A program made the position numbers and the translations under genes. 64,000 bases of DNA from Eubacteriales bacterium (lineage in GTDB: Bacteria > Bacillota > Clostridia > Oscillospirales > CAG-272), in assembly GCA_045544955.1 (NCBI GenBank), contig JAZPZY010000065.1:64067-128066 (forward strand). Direction: 5' to 3'. The notes below the pieces were generated by a model. It searched no databases and was not told where the DNA came from. It saw nothing but the letters and a program-made list of their open reading frames with translations. Shown here piece by piece: positions 33,901 through 41,506 of the stretch (position 1 is its first letter; every line of letters begins with the position of its first letter).

Positions 33901-36900
33901 AGACCGTCACCGTATCGCCCGACGGCTCGCTGGTGGTACAGTACATGTATACCAGACTGTCCTTCGCACTGACCCTGCACTTCGAGGATGGCGTGACGCC
34001 GTCTCAGACTATCGCTGACGAGTACGGTGCACCCATTACTCTGCCCGTTCCCGTAAGAGACGGCTACGGCTTTGCCGGCTGGTATCTGGCAAACGGCACG
34101 TCCGTGACCGCCAACACCATGCCCGCCATGACGGAAACGCTCTTCGCACGCTGGAACGCCGGCGAGTACGGCTATACCGTCTACCACTACCGGCAGGAGC
34201 TGGACGGCAGCTACAAGCTGTTTGATACCGTAACCGGCACGGCCATGATGGACAGCGTCCTTACGCTGGACGTAAAGACGTACGAGGGATTCACCTCGCC
34301 CGTGCCCGAGAGCATCACCGTCACCAGCAGTGCGGATAAGAACGTAGTGGAGTACCGCTACACCAGAAATCAGTATACGCTGCTTTGGGACTTCGCCGGC
34401 GGTACGCCGAACGGTACGTATACCTACGGCACGGTCAGCTACGGTGCTCCCATTACGGCACCCACCGTTCTGAAGCCCGGTTATACCGGACAGTGGAACG
34501 AACAGCCCGTGCAGACTATGCCTGCGGCAGATCAGGTGTACGTGATGAACTGGACGGCCAACAAGTATACCGCAAACTTTGATCTGGGCAACGGAACGGT
34601 TCTGGAGAGCAGACCGGTCACCTTCGGTCAGCCCTACGGCACGCTTCCCGCACCGGAAAAGGCAGGATATACCTTTACCGGCTGGTATGCGGATCCCGTG
34701 ACGGGCACGGAAGTGACGGCTGCGACGGCAGTGAACACGCCGGCAGATCATACGCTGTACGCCCGTTGGGAGCTGATCTCCTATCCCATCAGCTACAACG
34801 TAAACGGCGGCACCAACGCATCGCAGAACCCGTTCGTCTACAACGTGGAACAGCTGATCGTCATCAAGGCACCCATCCGTGAAGGACACACCTTCCTCGG
34901 CTGGACCTGGGACGGCCAGACGGAACCCATGGAGGACGTGATTCTTGACCGTGCAACCGGCGCCCGTACCTATACGGCTCACTGGCAGATCAACACCTAC
35001 CGGGTGACCTTCTACCGTGAAAACGGTACGCTGATTCTGGGACAGCAGCTGGATTACGGTGCAGCCATCCCCGTACCGGATCCCGGCTTCCGTGACGGCT
35101 ACACCTTCGGCGGCTGGGGCGCCACCGTTCCCGCCACCATGCCCGCACAGAATCTGAACTTCATCACCCAGTGGAATCTGAACACCTATCCCATCCGCTA
35201 TATGCTGAACGGCGGTGAAAACCATCCCGACAACGCAGCCTTCTACACGTCGGAAAGCCCGGATATCGAGTTTGCAGATCCCACACGCAAGGGCTATACC
35301 TTCGACGGCTGGTACTCGGATGCGGCGTTCACCACGCCTGCACAGCCCATTGCGGCCGGCAGCGTCGGTGAGGTCATCCTCTTTGCCAAGTGGATCCCCA
35401 ACACCTACACCGTCAAGATGCACCTGAACAACAATACGGCGGACGTTCTGACGCAGACGTTCACCTTCGGCGTCCGTGACGCACTGACCAGACACACGGC
35501 AACGCTGGAAGGATACAGCTTCGTAGGCTGGGCAACGGAAGCAAACGGCGAAGCCATCTACACCAACGGCGCAAGACTGCAGGATCTGACCGACGAACAG
35601 AACGGTACGGTTCACCTGTACGGCATCTGGGAACCCGTAGTCTATACCGTTTCCTACCATAACCTGTTTGAAGCACAGAACAACCCGCTGAACCCCGCCG
35701 CCTTCACCGTGCAGAACAATACGCTGGTGATCCTGGATCCGATCGGTCAGCGTGTGGGCTATAACTTCGCAGGCTGGTACGCCGACGAAATGCTGACCAA
35801 TCCCATTACCGGCAGCTATACCGTAAACGGCGCGTACAACGTCAACATCTACGCCAAGTGGAACGCCAATCCCTACTCCGTCACCTTCAACAATAACCTC
35901 CGTGACGGCAGTGCACTGGGTACTTCCACGCAGCTGATGGTTTACGGCTCCAACACCAACCTGAAGCCGTTTGAGGAAATGAACTTCTACTATAAGGGAC
36001 ATACGTTCCTCGGCTGGCATACCGATCCCAACGCCACCGCTCCGCTGTATACAAACGGTCAGCTGGTGAGCAGCCTGACGCCCAGCGGCAACATCACCCT
36101 GTACGCCATCTGGAGCGTGAACGAGTACGCCATCAACTACAATATCGGCACCGGTGCAACGGTACACCTGAATCCCGGCAGCTACAACGTATGGACCGAT
36201 GATATTCTGCTGCAAAATCCCGTGGATATCAAGGCCGGCTATCAGTTCCTCGGCTGGTTCGACGATAACGGCAACCGGGTAACGGAAATCGTGAAGTCCA
36301 GCATCGGCGACAGAAGCTATACCGCCAAGTGGGCACACGCCGGTATCTTCACGCTGAGCAGTACGGTCAGCAAGGCAAACGATACCACCGGTATCAAGGT
36401 GATCTATACCATCGAGCGCACGCTGCCCGCCGGTACGGAGGCAATCGCCGACCCGCAGCACGTCTACTACCGCACCGTGAACGGTACGGCTTACGGCGGC
36501 ACCGCCGCACGTATCCACTTCCTCCACGTGGGCGGCCCGGACGTATACGCAACGTTCGATAAGAACACCTTCACGAAGACCTTTGAGGTTCGCCAGGTTG
36601 GCTACTGGACGGGCGATAAGAAGGTGGAAAGCTACACCAACGGTACGGACCGTTACTTCCACGTGGAATTGTACGACGTGGTTGACACGGTAAATCGCGA
36701 TATGGCAGGACAGCTGGGAAGCAGCATCAAGAACAAGTACACCATCGCCCAGGGAGATAACTACGAGATCACGTCTTCTATCTATAACTGGGCGGAGTAC
36801 GACATCATTCCCGACGGAACCAGTTATACCATTACCGATGCGGGCTATGATAAGAATACTTCCAAAACCTTCAACCCGATGTCCGGCTATACGGAAGGGC

Positions 36901-37577
36901 AGAAGCAGTATGCTAACGCCGTCGGTTTGAATCTCGCCCTGCACCTGGATGTCTGGGCTGCGGAGAAGAACGACGGTTACCAGTGGCTCAGACTGACGGG
37001 CAACGGTTCTACATTGGAAGAAGTGCACGTGGAGTTGAAGAGTGGCAAGAAATGCACAGATTGGCTCTATTTCCAGCTGCCGATTACATCCACACAGTAT
37101 TATAACGGTACGGATATATCTGTTGATTCCCGTCCTACCAGCGGCAGTACTGTAACAAGGGACAACGTAACGTGTCTCCGGATTCCGCTTCTTTCCTCTG
37201 TAACCCTGGGCCTCGATGCATCGGGCGATAACGAAGATCACTGGTACATCGGACACACCTCCTTCAGACGGTACCTGATCGATACCGCCGAACCCAAGCA
37301 GACCGGTATGGCACCCATGGCATTCGGTACGTACAAGGCAGGCGATACGGTAACGGTTACCGTACTGTATAACGAGATCGTTGCCTCCGGTTCAAACCTC
37401 GGCATCGGCAGTATCTCCGGCATGCCTGTAAGCAACTGGCAGTTTGTATCCGGCTACGGCACGAACGCTTTGACCTTCACCGGTACGGCTACCGCAGAGT
37501 TCAACGTGCTTCCGGAAAGCAACGACAAATGGATGCCCCTGAAACCTGTTACCGGTTCTGTCTACGACATGAACTGA
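27999..37577 (+). CDS. Giant SLH-anchored cell-surface protein (about 3,190 aa) with Listeria-Bacteroides-type and MucBP-like repeats
   Basis: - **Start and signal:** ATG 27999 (AGGAGGAACT upstream), signal peptide MKKRLLSWLLLFCMLFSLLPASVMSVVA.
- **SLH domains:** three modules at about 28.1-28.7 kb (FQDVKKDDWYYDAV, FSDVPLSAYYAPYV, FSSVADYAQPAV).
- **Listeria-Bacteroides-type repeats:** at least 18 units with the G(Y/H)xFxGW core (GYVFSGWF, GYTFTGWF, GYNFAGWY ...).
- **MucBP-like units:** four (YTVEHYQQ, YAVEHYLQ, YTVYHYRQ, YRVEYYVQ).
- **Low-complexity stretch:** D/E/K-rich, at about 30.60-30.79 kb.
- **C-terminus:** a distinct region of about 420 aa with a Calx-beta-like block (VYYRTVNGTAYGG). 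Confidence 0.85.
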   Translation: MKKRLLSWLLLFCMLFSLLPASVMSVVATEVKNAVEMNVNPFQDVKKDDWYYDAVQYARINGFFTGITENTFSPAGTMTRGMFVTVLGRMAGVDVNTYSGVSAFSDVPLSAYYAPYVQWAAKYGITNGTGGDTFSPDMMITRQQMAVFFVRYFEEFGVNYQTGAGVTSVPMDFSSVADYAQPAVLKLWSNGLMNGDGVNFNPGNNASRAEAATLCMRTDRAIPAWNKEPGVLSDRVSIAYPPVEDSSSETPPVPSDTPTGTTPVQPNGWTSSLWPGYIPSWSQTDCQVTFITNGGQALNPKVVQKGTLVSALPTPYREDFIFTGWYYDNALTKLAAENDVISSDVVLYAGYLQTEKLTPVESPTFASATDVASDFTVVLYSTDPTLTAQQVQSAIEVEVVADSSQTDLFVVMGGGGVYTVSGNGGFDAGKTFRVTLHDTRLTFKDQLATVREFNFTTKKEQVMNLTVAKGMLYIHMDEISNIVNDGKAVQSLSIALYEAEVDGTVGPADLTVGSFTYNGPLTLQVGDVAAVYAGLRPDLRTLESTSEENGDLAYVEIIDVTGNRISYKNATAEQVIFTPDVLPIPVENDLDTAMDTVTLQNKYLDFSADVYANMDLDSQTTVDVGDYLLLYTGVIGENEMLVGYGEILGVSTIDEVTVITYIPVTWEDVQSAMDVYVQNQVQGSEVLEGVDVAHLESAVEQQAIDSGFAEEAALYLASLALATDSFTQWKDDVNLNDVRFTLDDGSPLSPEEIRLMAGGNKVKVEREKLKASISTHLQHFEGYSGLRLTLDVGIKITITPSENIDGALVITVTGSFEQEMRIAIGASSEAVWKVWGIFPYIAEYRVTANVDLFDYTGIEIEAQMITAEKEDDEDEDDKKDDDKKESSGNAKVDAITEKINKGIDIAKQIKEILDTKEEEDGEGKDDGAETINNALQKKYKEMLESEAEWVNLIEKELVKKELHTPPMLPIIAIKFAATFVVQVKASVSVGFDFEYVNGKRYVYHVNVFAGNISNDVIDIQEETYEFTFYAMGHLGIKAGVEVEFAIGLLSTEIASVGFTAEAGVYAKLWGYFYYELKYTASKGRSQSYSGALLIEVGAYLELNFKASAAGGLATKEIKLLDKEWPFWSIGKEDCVQDFVTPKEEIQEIKLKQYIRSTVLSNDLFKMSYLDMKDGDMKSAVYSDETRFVISIDNDAFAYDPKTNTLSVTPPAGSVKEEGTMTVTWIAYPLAFTSKPIQREFPLYWDNLRDGYVIVPYTNGGSYIPIINQRYDTLVNVPADPKKDGYVFSGWFADSDLTTSYVWPVMMPNTDANVYAGWLPSTNTPYTVEHYQQILGTPDYELVRALDLTGTTDETVIPGTESYVGYITPAAEELVILPDGSAVQRYYYDLQTHTVTFDPGIVGGDTVSYELDFGGRITVPQFAAKGYVFLGWDKEIQPTMGESDVVYTAQWMEDPATTYRVEYYVQQPDGRYVMQEFTAYNGTTGDVLTEAMLRFGAVLPNGNGELINAEARFAVPGGVSFKNITVSGEDLTAKGENPTVQANGKTVIKVNYQRATYDLIFDTANGDAPLIYDVYYGASVSLPENVRRQGYAFAGWTPAFADIMPAQDMCYTAQWQANDYTVSFDANGGIGVMDAQPMVYDVPTMLYPSTFVRTGYDFTGWSVLKNGSIRYGNGEAVTNLGSEKGENVVLYAAWTPTQYSITYNNSLAHENPLTYTIESSAISLMDPDDKEGYTFTGWFTTPDLSGTPVEMIEEGSHGDIVLYAGYVANPYEIRFHANGGVGDMQNLPMVYDRQQNLTPNGFIRLGYTFMGWARSAEGSVIYTDGDPVLNLESTPGKTVNMYAVWKLNTYSLQYVTGGGVNASGNPGEYTVLDTVILSEPTRTGYTFAGWFTETGTPVAQIPAGTTGNLVLYAQWNANTNTPYAVEHYLQDLHKGTYTLDKREIFTGTTDTVITPAVNTYEGFRAPVQQTVTVSPDGSLVVQYMYTRLSFALTLHFEDGVTPSQTIADEYGAPITLPVPVRDGYGFAGWYLANGTSVTANTMPAMTETLFARWNAGEYGYTVYHYRQELDGSYKLFDTVTGTAMMDSVLTLDVKTYEGFTSPVPESITVTSSADKNVVEYRYTRNQYTLLWDFAGGTPNGTYTYGTVSYGAPITAPTVLKPGYTGQWNEQPVQTMPAADQVYVMNWTANKYTANFDLGNGTVLESRPVTFGQPYGTLPAPEKAGYTFTGWYADPVTGTEVTAATAVNTPADHTLYARWELISYPISYNVNGGTNASQNPFVYNVEQLIVIKAPIREGHTFLGWTWDGQTEPMEDVILDRATGARTYTAHWQINTYRVTFYRENGTLILGQQLDYGAAIPVPDPGFRDGYTFGGWGATVPATMPAQNLNFITQWNLNTYPIRYMLNGGENHPDNAAFYTSESPDIEFADPTRKGYTFDGWYSDAAFTTPAQPIAAGSVGEVILFAKWIPNTYTVKMHLNNNTADVLTQTFTFGVRDALTRHTATLEGYSFVGWATEANGEAIYTNGARLQDLTDEQNGTVHLYGIWEPVVYTVSYHNLFEAQNNPLNPAAFTVQNNTLVILDPIGQRVGYNFAGWYADEMLTNPITGSYTVNGAYNVNIYAKWNANPYSVTFNNNLRDGSALGTSTQLMVYGSNTNLKPFEEMNFYYKGHTFLGWHTDPNATAPLYTNGQLVSSLTPSGNITLYAIWSVNEYAINYNIGTGATVHLNPGSYNVWTDDILLQNPVDIKAGYQFLGWFDDNGNRVTEIVKSSIGDRSYTAKWAHAGIFTLSSTVSKANDTTGIKVIYTIERTLPAGTEAIADPQHVYYRTVNGTAYGGTAARIHFLHVGGPDVYATFDKNTFTKTFEVRQVGYWTGDKKVESYTNGTDRYFHVELYDVVDTVNRDMAGQLGSSIKNKYTIAQGDNYEITSSIYNWAEYDIIPDGTSYTITDAGYDKNTSKTFNPMSGYTEGQKQYANAVGLNLALHLDVWAAEKNDGYQWLRLTGNGSTLEEVHVELKSGKKCTDWLYFQLPITSTQYYNGTDISVDSRPTSGSTVTRDNVTCLRIPLLSSVTLGLDASGDNEDHWYIGHTSFRRYLIDTAEPKQTGMAPMAFGTYKAGDTVTVTVLYNEIVASGSNLGIGSISGMPVSNWQFVSGYGTNALTFTGTATAEFNVLPESNDKWMPLKPVTGSVYDMN

Positions 37578-37590
37578 TTCCATGAAAAAA

Positions 37591-37616
37591 GAGATGCCGG
37601 AGAGATCCGGCATCTC
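37591..37616 (+). other. Stable hairpin without a U-tract between the giant gene and the S8 protease gene
   Basis: GAGATGCCGG-agagat-CCGGCATCTC, 14 nt after the stop codon. Confidence 0.6.
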
Positions 37617-37638
37617 GCGTCTCTGGAAGGAGAATTCT

Positions 37639-38466
37639 ATGAAACGATACGTGGCTGTTCTGCTTTTGGCGGTACTGCTGCTTTGCTCCTGTACCCCCGG
37701 TAAAACGAGCCTTCCGGCTGAAACCGGCACCGAAACCACCCCGGCACAAACGACCGCCGCCCCGTTAAGGACGGTACGCGTGGCGGTGATCGATACGGGC
37801 TTTTCGCCCCACGCCATCCCGGCGGAAAACGTAGGCGAGGGAAAAAACTACCTCTTGCCCGATGAAACTACGGCGGATACCTACGGGCACGGCACGGCGG
37901 TAGCCTCCGTGATACTTGACAATGCGGAAAGCGTCCTTCTGATCCCCCTGGTCAGCAACGTATATAATAAAGGAAAGGTTTCCTTTGTGGACAACGACAC
38001 CTTTGGACAGATGATCCGGGACGCAGTGGACGTGTACGAATGTGAGATCGTCAATATCAGTGCCGGCCTCGTGCTGGATAAGCCTGCGGTGCGTGAAGCC
38101 GTGGCCTATGCGGAAGAAAAGGGCGTCCTGATCGTGGCCTCTGCCGGCAATGATTACCGGGAAAATCCGGGGCAGATCTACTATCCCGCCGCCTATGAAA
38201 CGGTACTTGCCGTAGGATCCCTTACGGCAGACGGCACGGCGGTATCGGATTTTTCCCAAAGAGGCGATTGGGTGGACGTGTTCGCCCCCGGTGAGGACGT
38301 TCCCATCCGTACGCTGAGCGGCGGCCAGCGTACCGATAAAGGCTCCTCCTATGCCGCGGCCCGGATCACGGCGGCGGCGGTAACGCTTCTGCAAAAAGAG
38401 GAGAATCTGACTCCCGCCGAGCTGCGTGAGCGGTTGTGCGAAAAAGGCAACCCGGAAACGGAATAA
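37639..38466 (+). CDS. S8 (subtilisin-family) serine peptidase, probable lipoprotein
   Basis: Start at ATG 37639 (GGAAGGAG upstream). It has a lipobox-like LLLCSC. The catalytic residues are D in VAVIDTGFS, H in YGHGTAVASV, N in VNISAGL and S in KGSSYAAARI. Confidence 0.8.
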   Translation: MKRYVAVLLLAVLLLCSCTPGKTSLPAETGTETTPAQTTAAPLRTVRVAVIDTGFSPHAIPAENVGEGKNYLLPDETTADTYGHGTAVASVILDNAESVLLIPLVSNVYNKGKVSFVDNDTFGQMIRDAVDVYECEIVNISAGLVLDKPAVREAVAYAEEKGVLIVASAGNDYRENPGQIYYPAAYETVLAVGSLTADGTAVSDFSQRGDWVDVFAPGEDVPIRTLSGGQRTDKGSSYAAARITAAAVTLLQKEENLTPAELRERLCEKGNPETE

Positions 38467-38473
38467 AAAAAGA

Positions 38474-38505
38474 ACAGACGCCCCATGGGCGTCTGTCCTT
38501 TTTTT
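38474..38505. terminator. Bidirectional terminator between convergent genes
   Basis: ACAGACGCCC-cat-GGGCGTCTGT, flanked by A7 and T7. Confidence 0.8.
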
Positions 38506-39769
38506 ACAGAATCACTCTCGTGATGAAAACGGAATCCTTCACGGTGAACTGGCAGTTGCCTCCCAGCTTCTCCGTCATATAGCGGATGCTCCGGGTGCCG
38601 TATCCGTGCCCTTTTCGCGTGGTGACGGGCATGCCGTCCACAAACGCCGGCTCCTTCTCCACGGGATTTTTCACTGAGAACAGCAGTTTTCCTTCCGCAT
38701 CCCGAAGCATAAGCGATACCTCCCGCTTTTCCTTGGGAAGCTCGGCCACAGCGTGCAGCGCGTTATCCAGGGCATTGGACAGAATGGAGGAGAACAGAAT
38801 CTCGTTGGTGCGAATTTCCCCAACCTCCACCTTATGTATGAATTTCACTTCGTTTGCCTTGCATTTGGCATCAAAATCGGACAAAACGTAGTTTACCGTA
38901 TCGTTTGTGCAGAAACGCAGGATCTTCGTACCGTCCACGTGCTCGGAGTACGACTTTATCATTCCCTGCACCACGGATTTTTCATCTGTTTCGATACAGA
39001 CGGCCAGCGTACTCAGAAACAGCCGCAGATCGTGGCGGAGAACCCGGATCTCATGCTCACTCCGTTTCATCGCATCCAATTCCTTGGCCTGCTGCTCCAC
39101 CGTCAAGCGGATGATTTCTTCTTTCCGTTCTGCTTCGAACTTTTCTTCATACTGTCTGTAATACACAAAGCAGAACACAATGAATATGACACTGATGAAG
39201 AACGGCAGAAATTCAACAGCGATCTGGTTCTTCGTAAGCCACACGTCCGTATACACCACCGTGGCATAATCAAACACGTAATAAATGAAAGGAACAACGG
39301 CAAACACGTATACGCTCCCCGCATCGCCGGAAAAGAATTTGGAAAGTGTACGCATAAAGAACATGCTCGTTATAATATAAACAAGAATCAAAACGGAAAT
39401 CCGCACGGCATATTCAAGAACAGCATCGGAAAGTATCGTATTGACCAGCACACCAAACCACTTGGCAGGCTGACAGCAAAGATAGGCAGTAAAAACGGAA
39501 ACCAGTGCGGTAGGAAAAGATTTCCTGAAAAAGAACACAAACAAAAGCAGCAGCGGCAGATGCGTGATTATCGGATACATCTTCCACACAAAGGGCTCAT
39601 CAAACACCGCCAGCAGAATTCCCTGGGCAGCCATGCTGCAGCCGCTGAAAACCAGCAGGAAAAGTATGTTCTTCCGCGTGAAAGGGATACCGGCAAAGCC
39701 GGCAGAAACAAAGATGCCGAACATAAGAACGATAAAGGCATGACACAGCATCAAAATAAACGCAGCCAC
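38504..39769 (-). CDS. AgrC-like (HPK10, GHKL) sensor histidine kinase
   Basis: A polytopic N-terminal half of about 200 aa with 5-6 TM segments. N-box SILSNALDNALHAV and G-box TTRKGHGYGTRSI. The GTG start overlaps the regulator's stop by 1 nt. Confidence 0.8.
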   Translation of the reverse strand: MAAFILMLCHAFIVLMFGIFVSAGFAGIPFTRKNILFLLVFSGCSMAAQGILLAVFDEPFVWKMYPIITHLPLLLLFVFFFRKSFPTALVSVFTAYLCCQPAKWFGVLVNTILSDAVLEYAVRISVLILVYIITSMFFMRTLSKFFSGDAGSVYVFAVVPFIYYVFDYATVVYTDVWLTKNQIAVEFLPFFISVIFIVFCFVYYRQYEEKFEAERKEEIIRLTVEQQAKELDAMKRSEHEIRVLRHDLRLFLSTLAVCIETDEKSVVQGMIKSYSEHVDGTKILRFCTNDTVNYVLSDFDAKCKANEVKFIHKVEVGEIRTNEILFSSILSNALDNALHAVAELPKEKREVSLMLRDAEGKLLFSVKNPVEKEPAFVDGMPVTTRKGHGYGTRSIRYMTEKLGGNCQFTVKDSVFITRVIL

Positions 39770-40491
39770 TACGCATCACCAAACTTTCCAAAGGTCAACT
39801 CAAAAAACGCCGTCTCAAAATCCTTCTGGCAATTTCTCGAAATGGGTATACGGCATCCGGATTTCATCGTGATTTCCCTGGCTGTATACCGGCTGATCTG
39901 AAACACGTTTACAATATAGCTTCGGTGGCACTTCAGAAAACCGCTTTGTGCCGTGAATACATTTTCATACGAGTAAAACGGTTTCAGAGAAGAAAGGGTC
40001 GTACCGTCCGTCAGAACGAAATTTACGTGTTTTCCCTGCGCCTCCACGTATTCCACCTTCCGAAGCTCCACACGGCGGACGGACACAGCGTCCCTGATAA
40101 GAATGTATTCCGCCCGATCCGCCATATCTTCGTACAGTTCATCGAGGCACTGACACATTTTCTTTTCATCGACGGGCTTCAAAAGATAACCGTCCGCGTG
40201 TACCGCATAGGAATCCACCGCAAACTCGGCGGAGGACGTAAGAAACACGATCTTCACCGTCTTATCCGTCCGGCGTATTTCTGCTGCGGCATCCAACCCG
40301 CTCACAAGCGGCATTACCACATCAAGGAAAATGATATCAAACGGATTTTCTCCGTGTGCTTCTATCAGAGAATCCGCATCGCTGAAAAGCTCCACCGTCA
40401 CGTTGTCCGATGCGGCGTGCCACCGGGAAATCATCTCGCTTGCCGTTCTCTGAAAGGCATACATATCATCGCAAACAGCAATTCTTACCAA
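39769..40491 (-). CDS. LytTR-family response regulator (AgrA-like)
   Basis: Receiver domain (IAVCDD ... IIFLDVVMPLVSGLD) plus a LytTR domain (VEYVEAQGKHVNFVL ... FLKCHRSYIVNVFQI). TTG start. Confidence 0.85.
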   Translation of the reverse strand: MVRIAVCDDMYAFQRTASEMISRWHAASDNVTVELFSDADSLIEAHGENPFDIIFLDVVMPLVSGLDAAAEIRRTDKTVKIVFLTSSAEFAVDSYAVHADGYLLKPVDEKKMCQCLDELYEDMADRAEYILIRDAVSVRRVELRKVEYVEAQGKHVNFVLTDGTTLSSLKPFYSYENVFTAQSGFLKCHRSYIVNVFQISRYTAREITMKSGCRIPISRNCQKDFETAFFELTFGKFGDA

Positions 40492-40520
40492 GGCTTTTCC
40501 CCTTTCCCATATTCACTATA

Positions 40521-40550
40521 ATTATACCGCAAGCCGGCACTTTTTGTCAA
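40521..40550 (-). promoter_or_regulatory. Promoter of the two-component operon
   Basis: On the minus strand: TTGACA (40550..40545), 18 nt, TATAAT (40526..40521). Confidence 0.6.
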
Positions 40551-40581
40551 CAAGGCTTTGGGCAATCGGCAAGAGTTTTGC

Positions 40582-41379
40582 CTACTTCTTCCAACTTGGT
40601 TTCCGCGTAATGCTGTAACCGTAATACTTCTTGAACAGCCGGCTTACGTAATTGGGATCTCTGTAACCGAAAAGCACAGCCGCCTCGTACAAGCGGAAAT
40701 CTTCCTTTTCCACAAGGGTTCGGATGGCCGCCAGTTTCTCGGTGTTCACGTACTTTATAAAAGAAACGCCTTCGTTTTTCTTAAAAATAGAGCACAGGTA
40801 TTCCGGCGATATCCCCAGATGCTCCGCCACGCTCTTCTCGGTAATAGGCAATTGAAGATTGCTTTGCACGTACTCCTTGGCACGGCGGGTATACAGCACT
40901 TCACTTGGCAGATTGAGTTTTTTATCCCTTCGGTTGCAGTAATCGATCTCACAGAGCAGTTCCAGAAAAGCAGACGCACCCCGGGTAGGCGAATCCTTAA
41001 AAAGAAGTTGATTGCGTATCAGCTGCTCAATGATGTTTTCGGCTTTTTTCGTGCCGAGTTCAGCTGCGGTTATAATGGGAAGATACAGTCCGTTTGCGTT
41101 GTCCTGCACCCTCCATTTGAACTGAGCCATCACGGTGCGATGCTCGTGATAGGCATCCGCACGGACCTTAATCTCATGGGGACAGCGGGGCACACACATA
41201 AGATCGCCTTTATTTGCCACGTATACTTTTCCGTCATATTCGATGGTGGTTCCCCCCTCCGTTAGGATCGCAATCTCCATGCTGTCTGCCCTGATGTTAA
41301 GAGTTCGGCTATACGCATCCGCGTGATATACATGGGCAAATATCACCTGCGGCATCGTTTCCACCTCAACGGTCTGCAA
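40582..41379 (-). CDS. AraC-family regulator (cupin plus HTH)
   Basis: PITEKSVAEHLGISPEYLCSIFKKNEGVSFIKYVNTEKLAAIRTL and FGYRDPNYVSRLFKKYYG. An alternative start is ATG 41355. Confidence 0.85.
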   Translation of the reverse strand: MQTVEVETMPQVIFAHVYHADAYSRTLNIRADSMEIAILTEGGTTIEYDGKVYVANKGDLMCVPRCPHEIKVRADAYHEHRTVMAQFKWRVQDNANGLYLPIITAAELGTKKAENIIEQLIRNQLLFKDSPTRGASAFLELLCEIDYCNRRDKKLNLPSEVLYTRRAKEYVQSNLQLPITEKSVAEHLGISPEYLCSIFKKNEGVSFIKYVNTEKLAAIRTLVEKEDFRLYEAAVLFGYRDPNYVSRLFKKYYGYSITRKPSWKK

Positions 41380-41506
41380 AATGTACGCACCTCCTCCGTG
41401 GGGATATATCTGATTTTATTGTAGCAGATCATATTAGTTTTGTCAAGATTCTTAAATCCGTTTATTGACACCCGCTCACGGCATTGTAAAATAAAACCAT
41501 AATAAC

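Noticed and set aside
31251-37256. A 2,001-codon open reading frame on the minus strand, antisense to the giant surface-protein gene. A 669-codon antisense ORF lies at 28071..30080.
   Set aside because: - The translations are low-complexity and rich in R/G/V/A/H, with no recognisable motif, start context or signal.
- The plus-strand frame carries clear SLH, Listeria-Bacteroides-type and MucBP-like domains throughout.
- Long stop-free antisense frames are expected when a G+C-rich sense frame rarely uses TTA, CTA or TCA codons.
- Ribosome profiling would be needed to argue otherwise.
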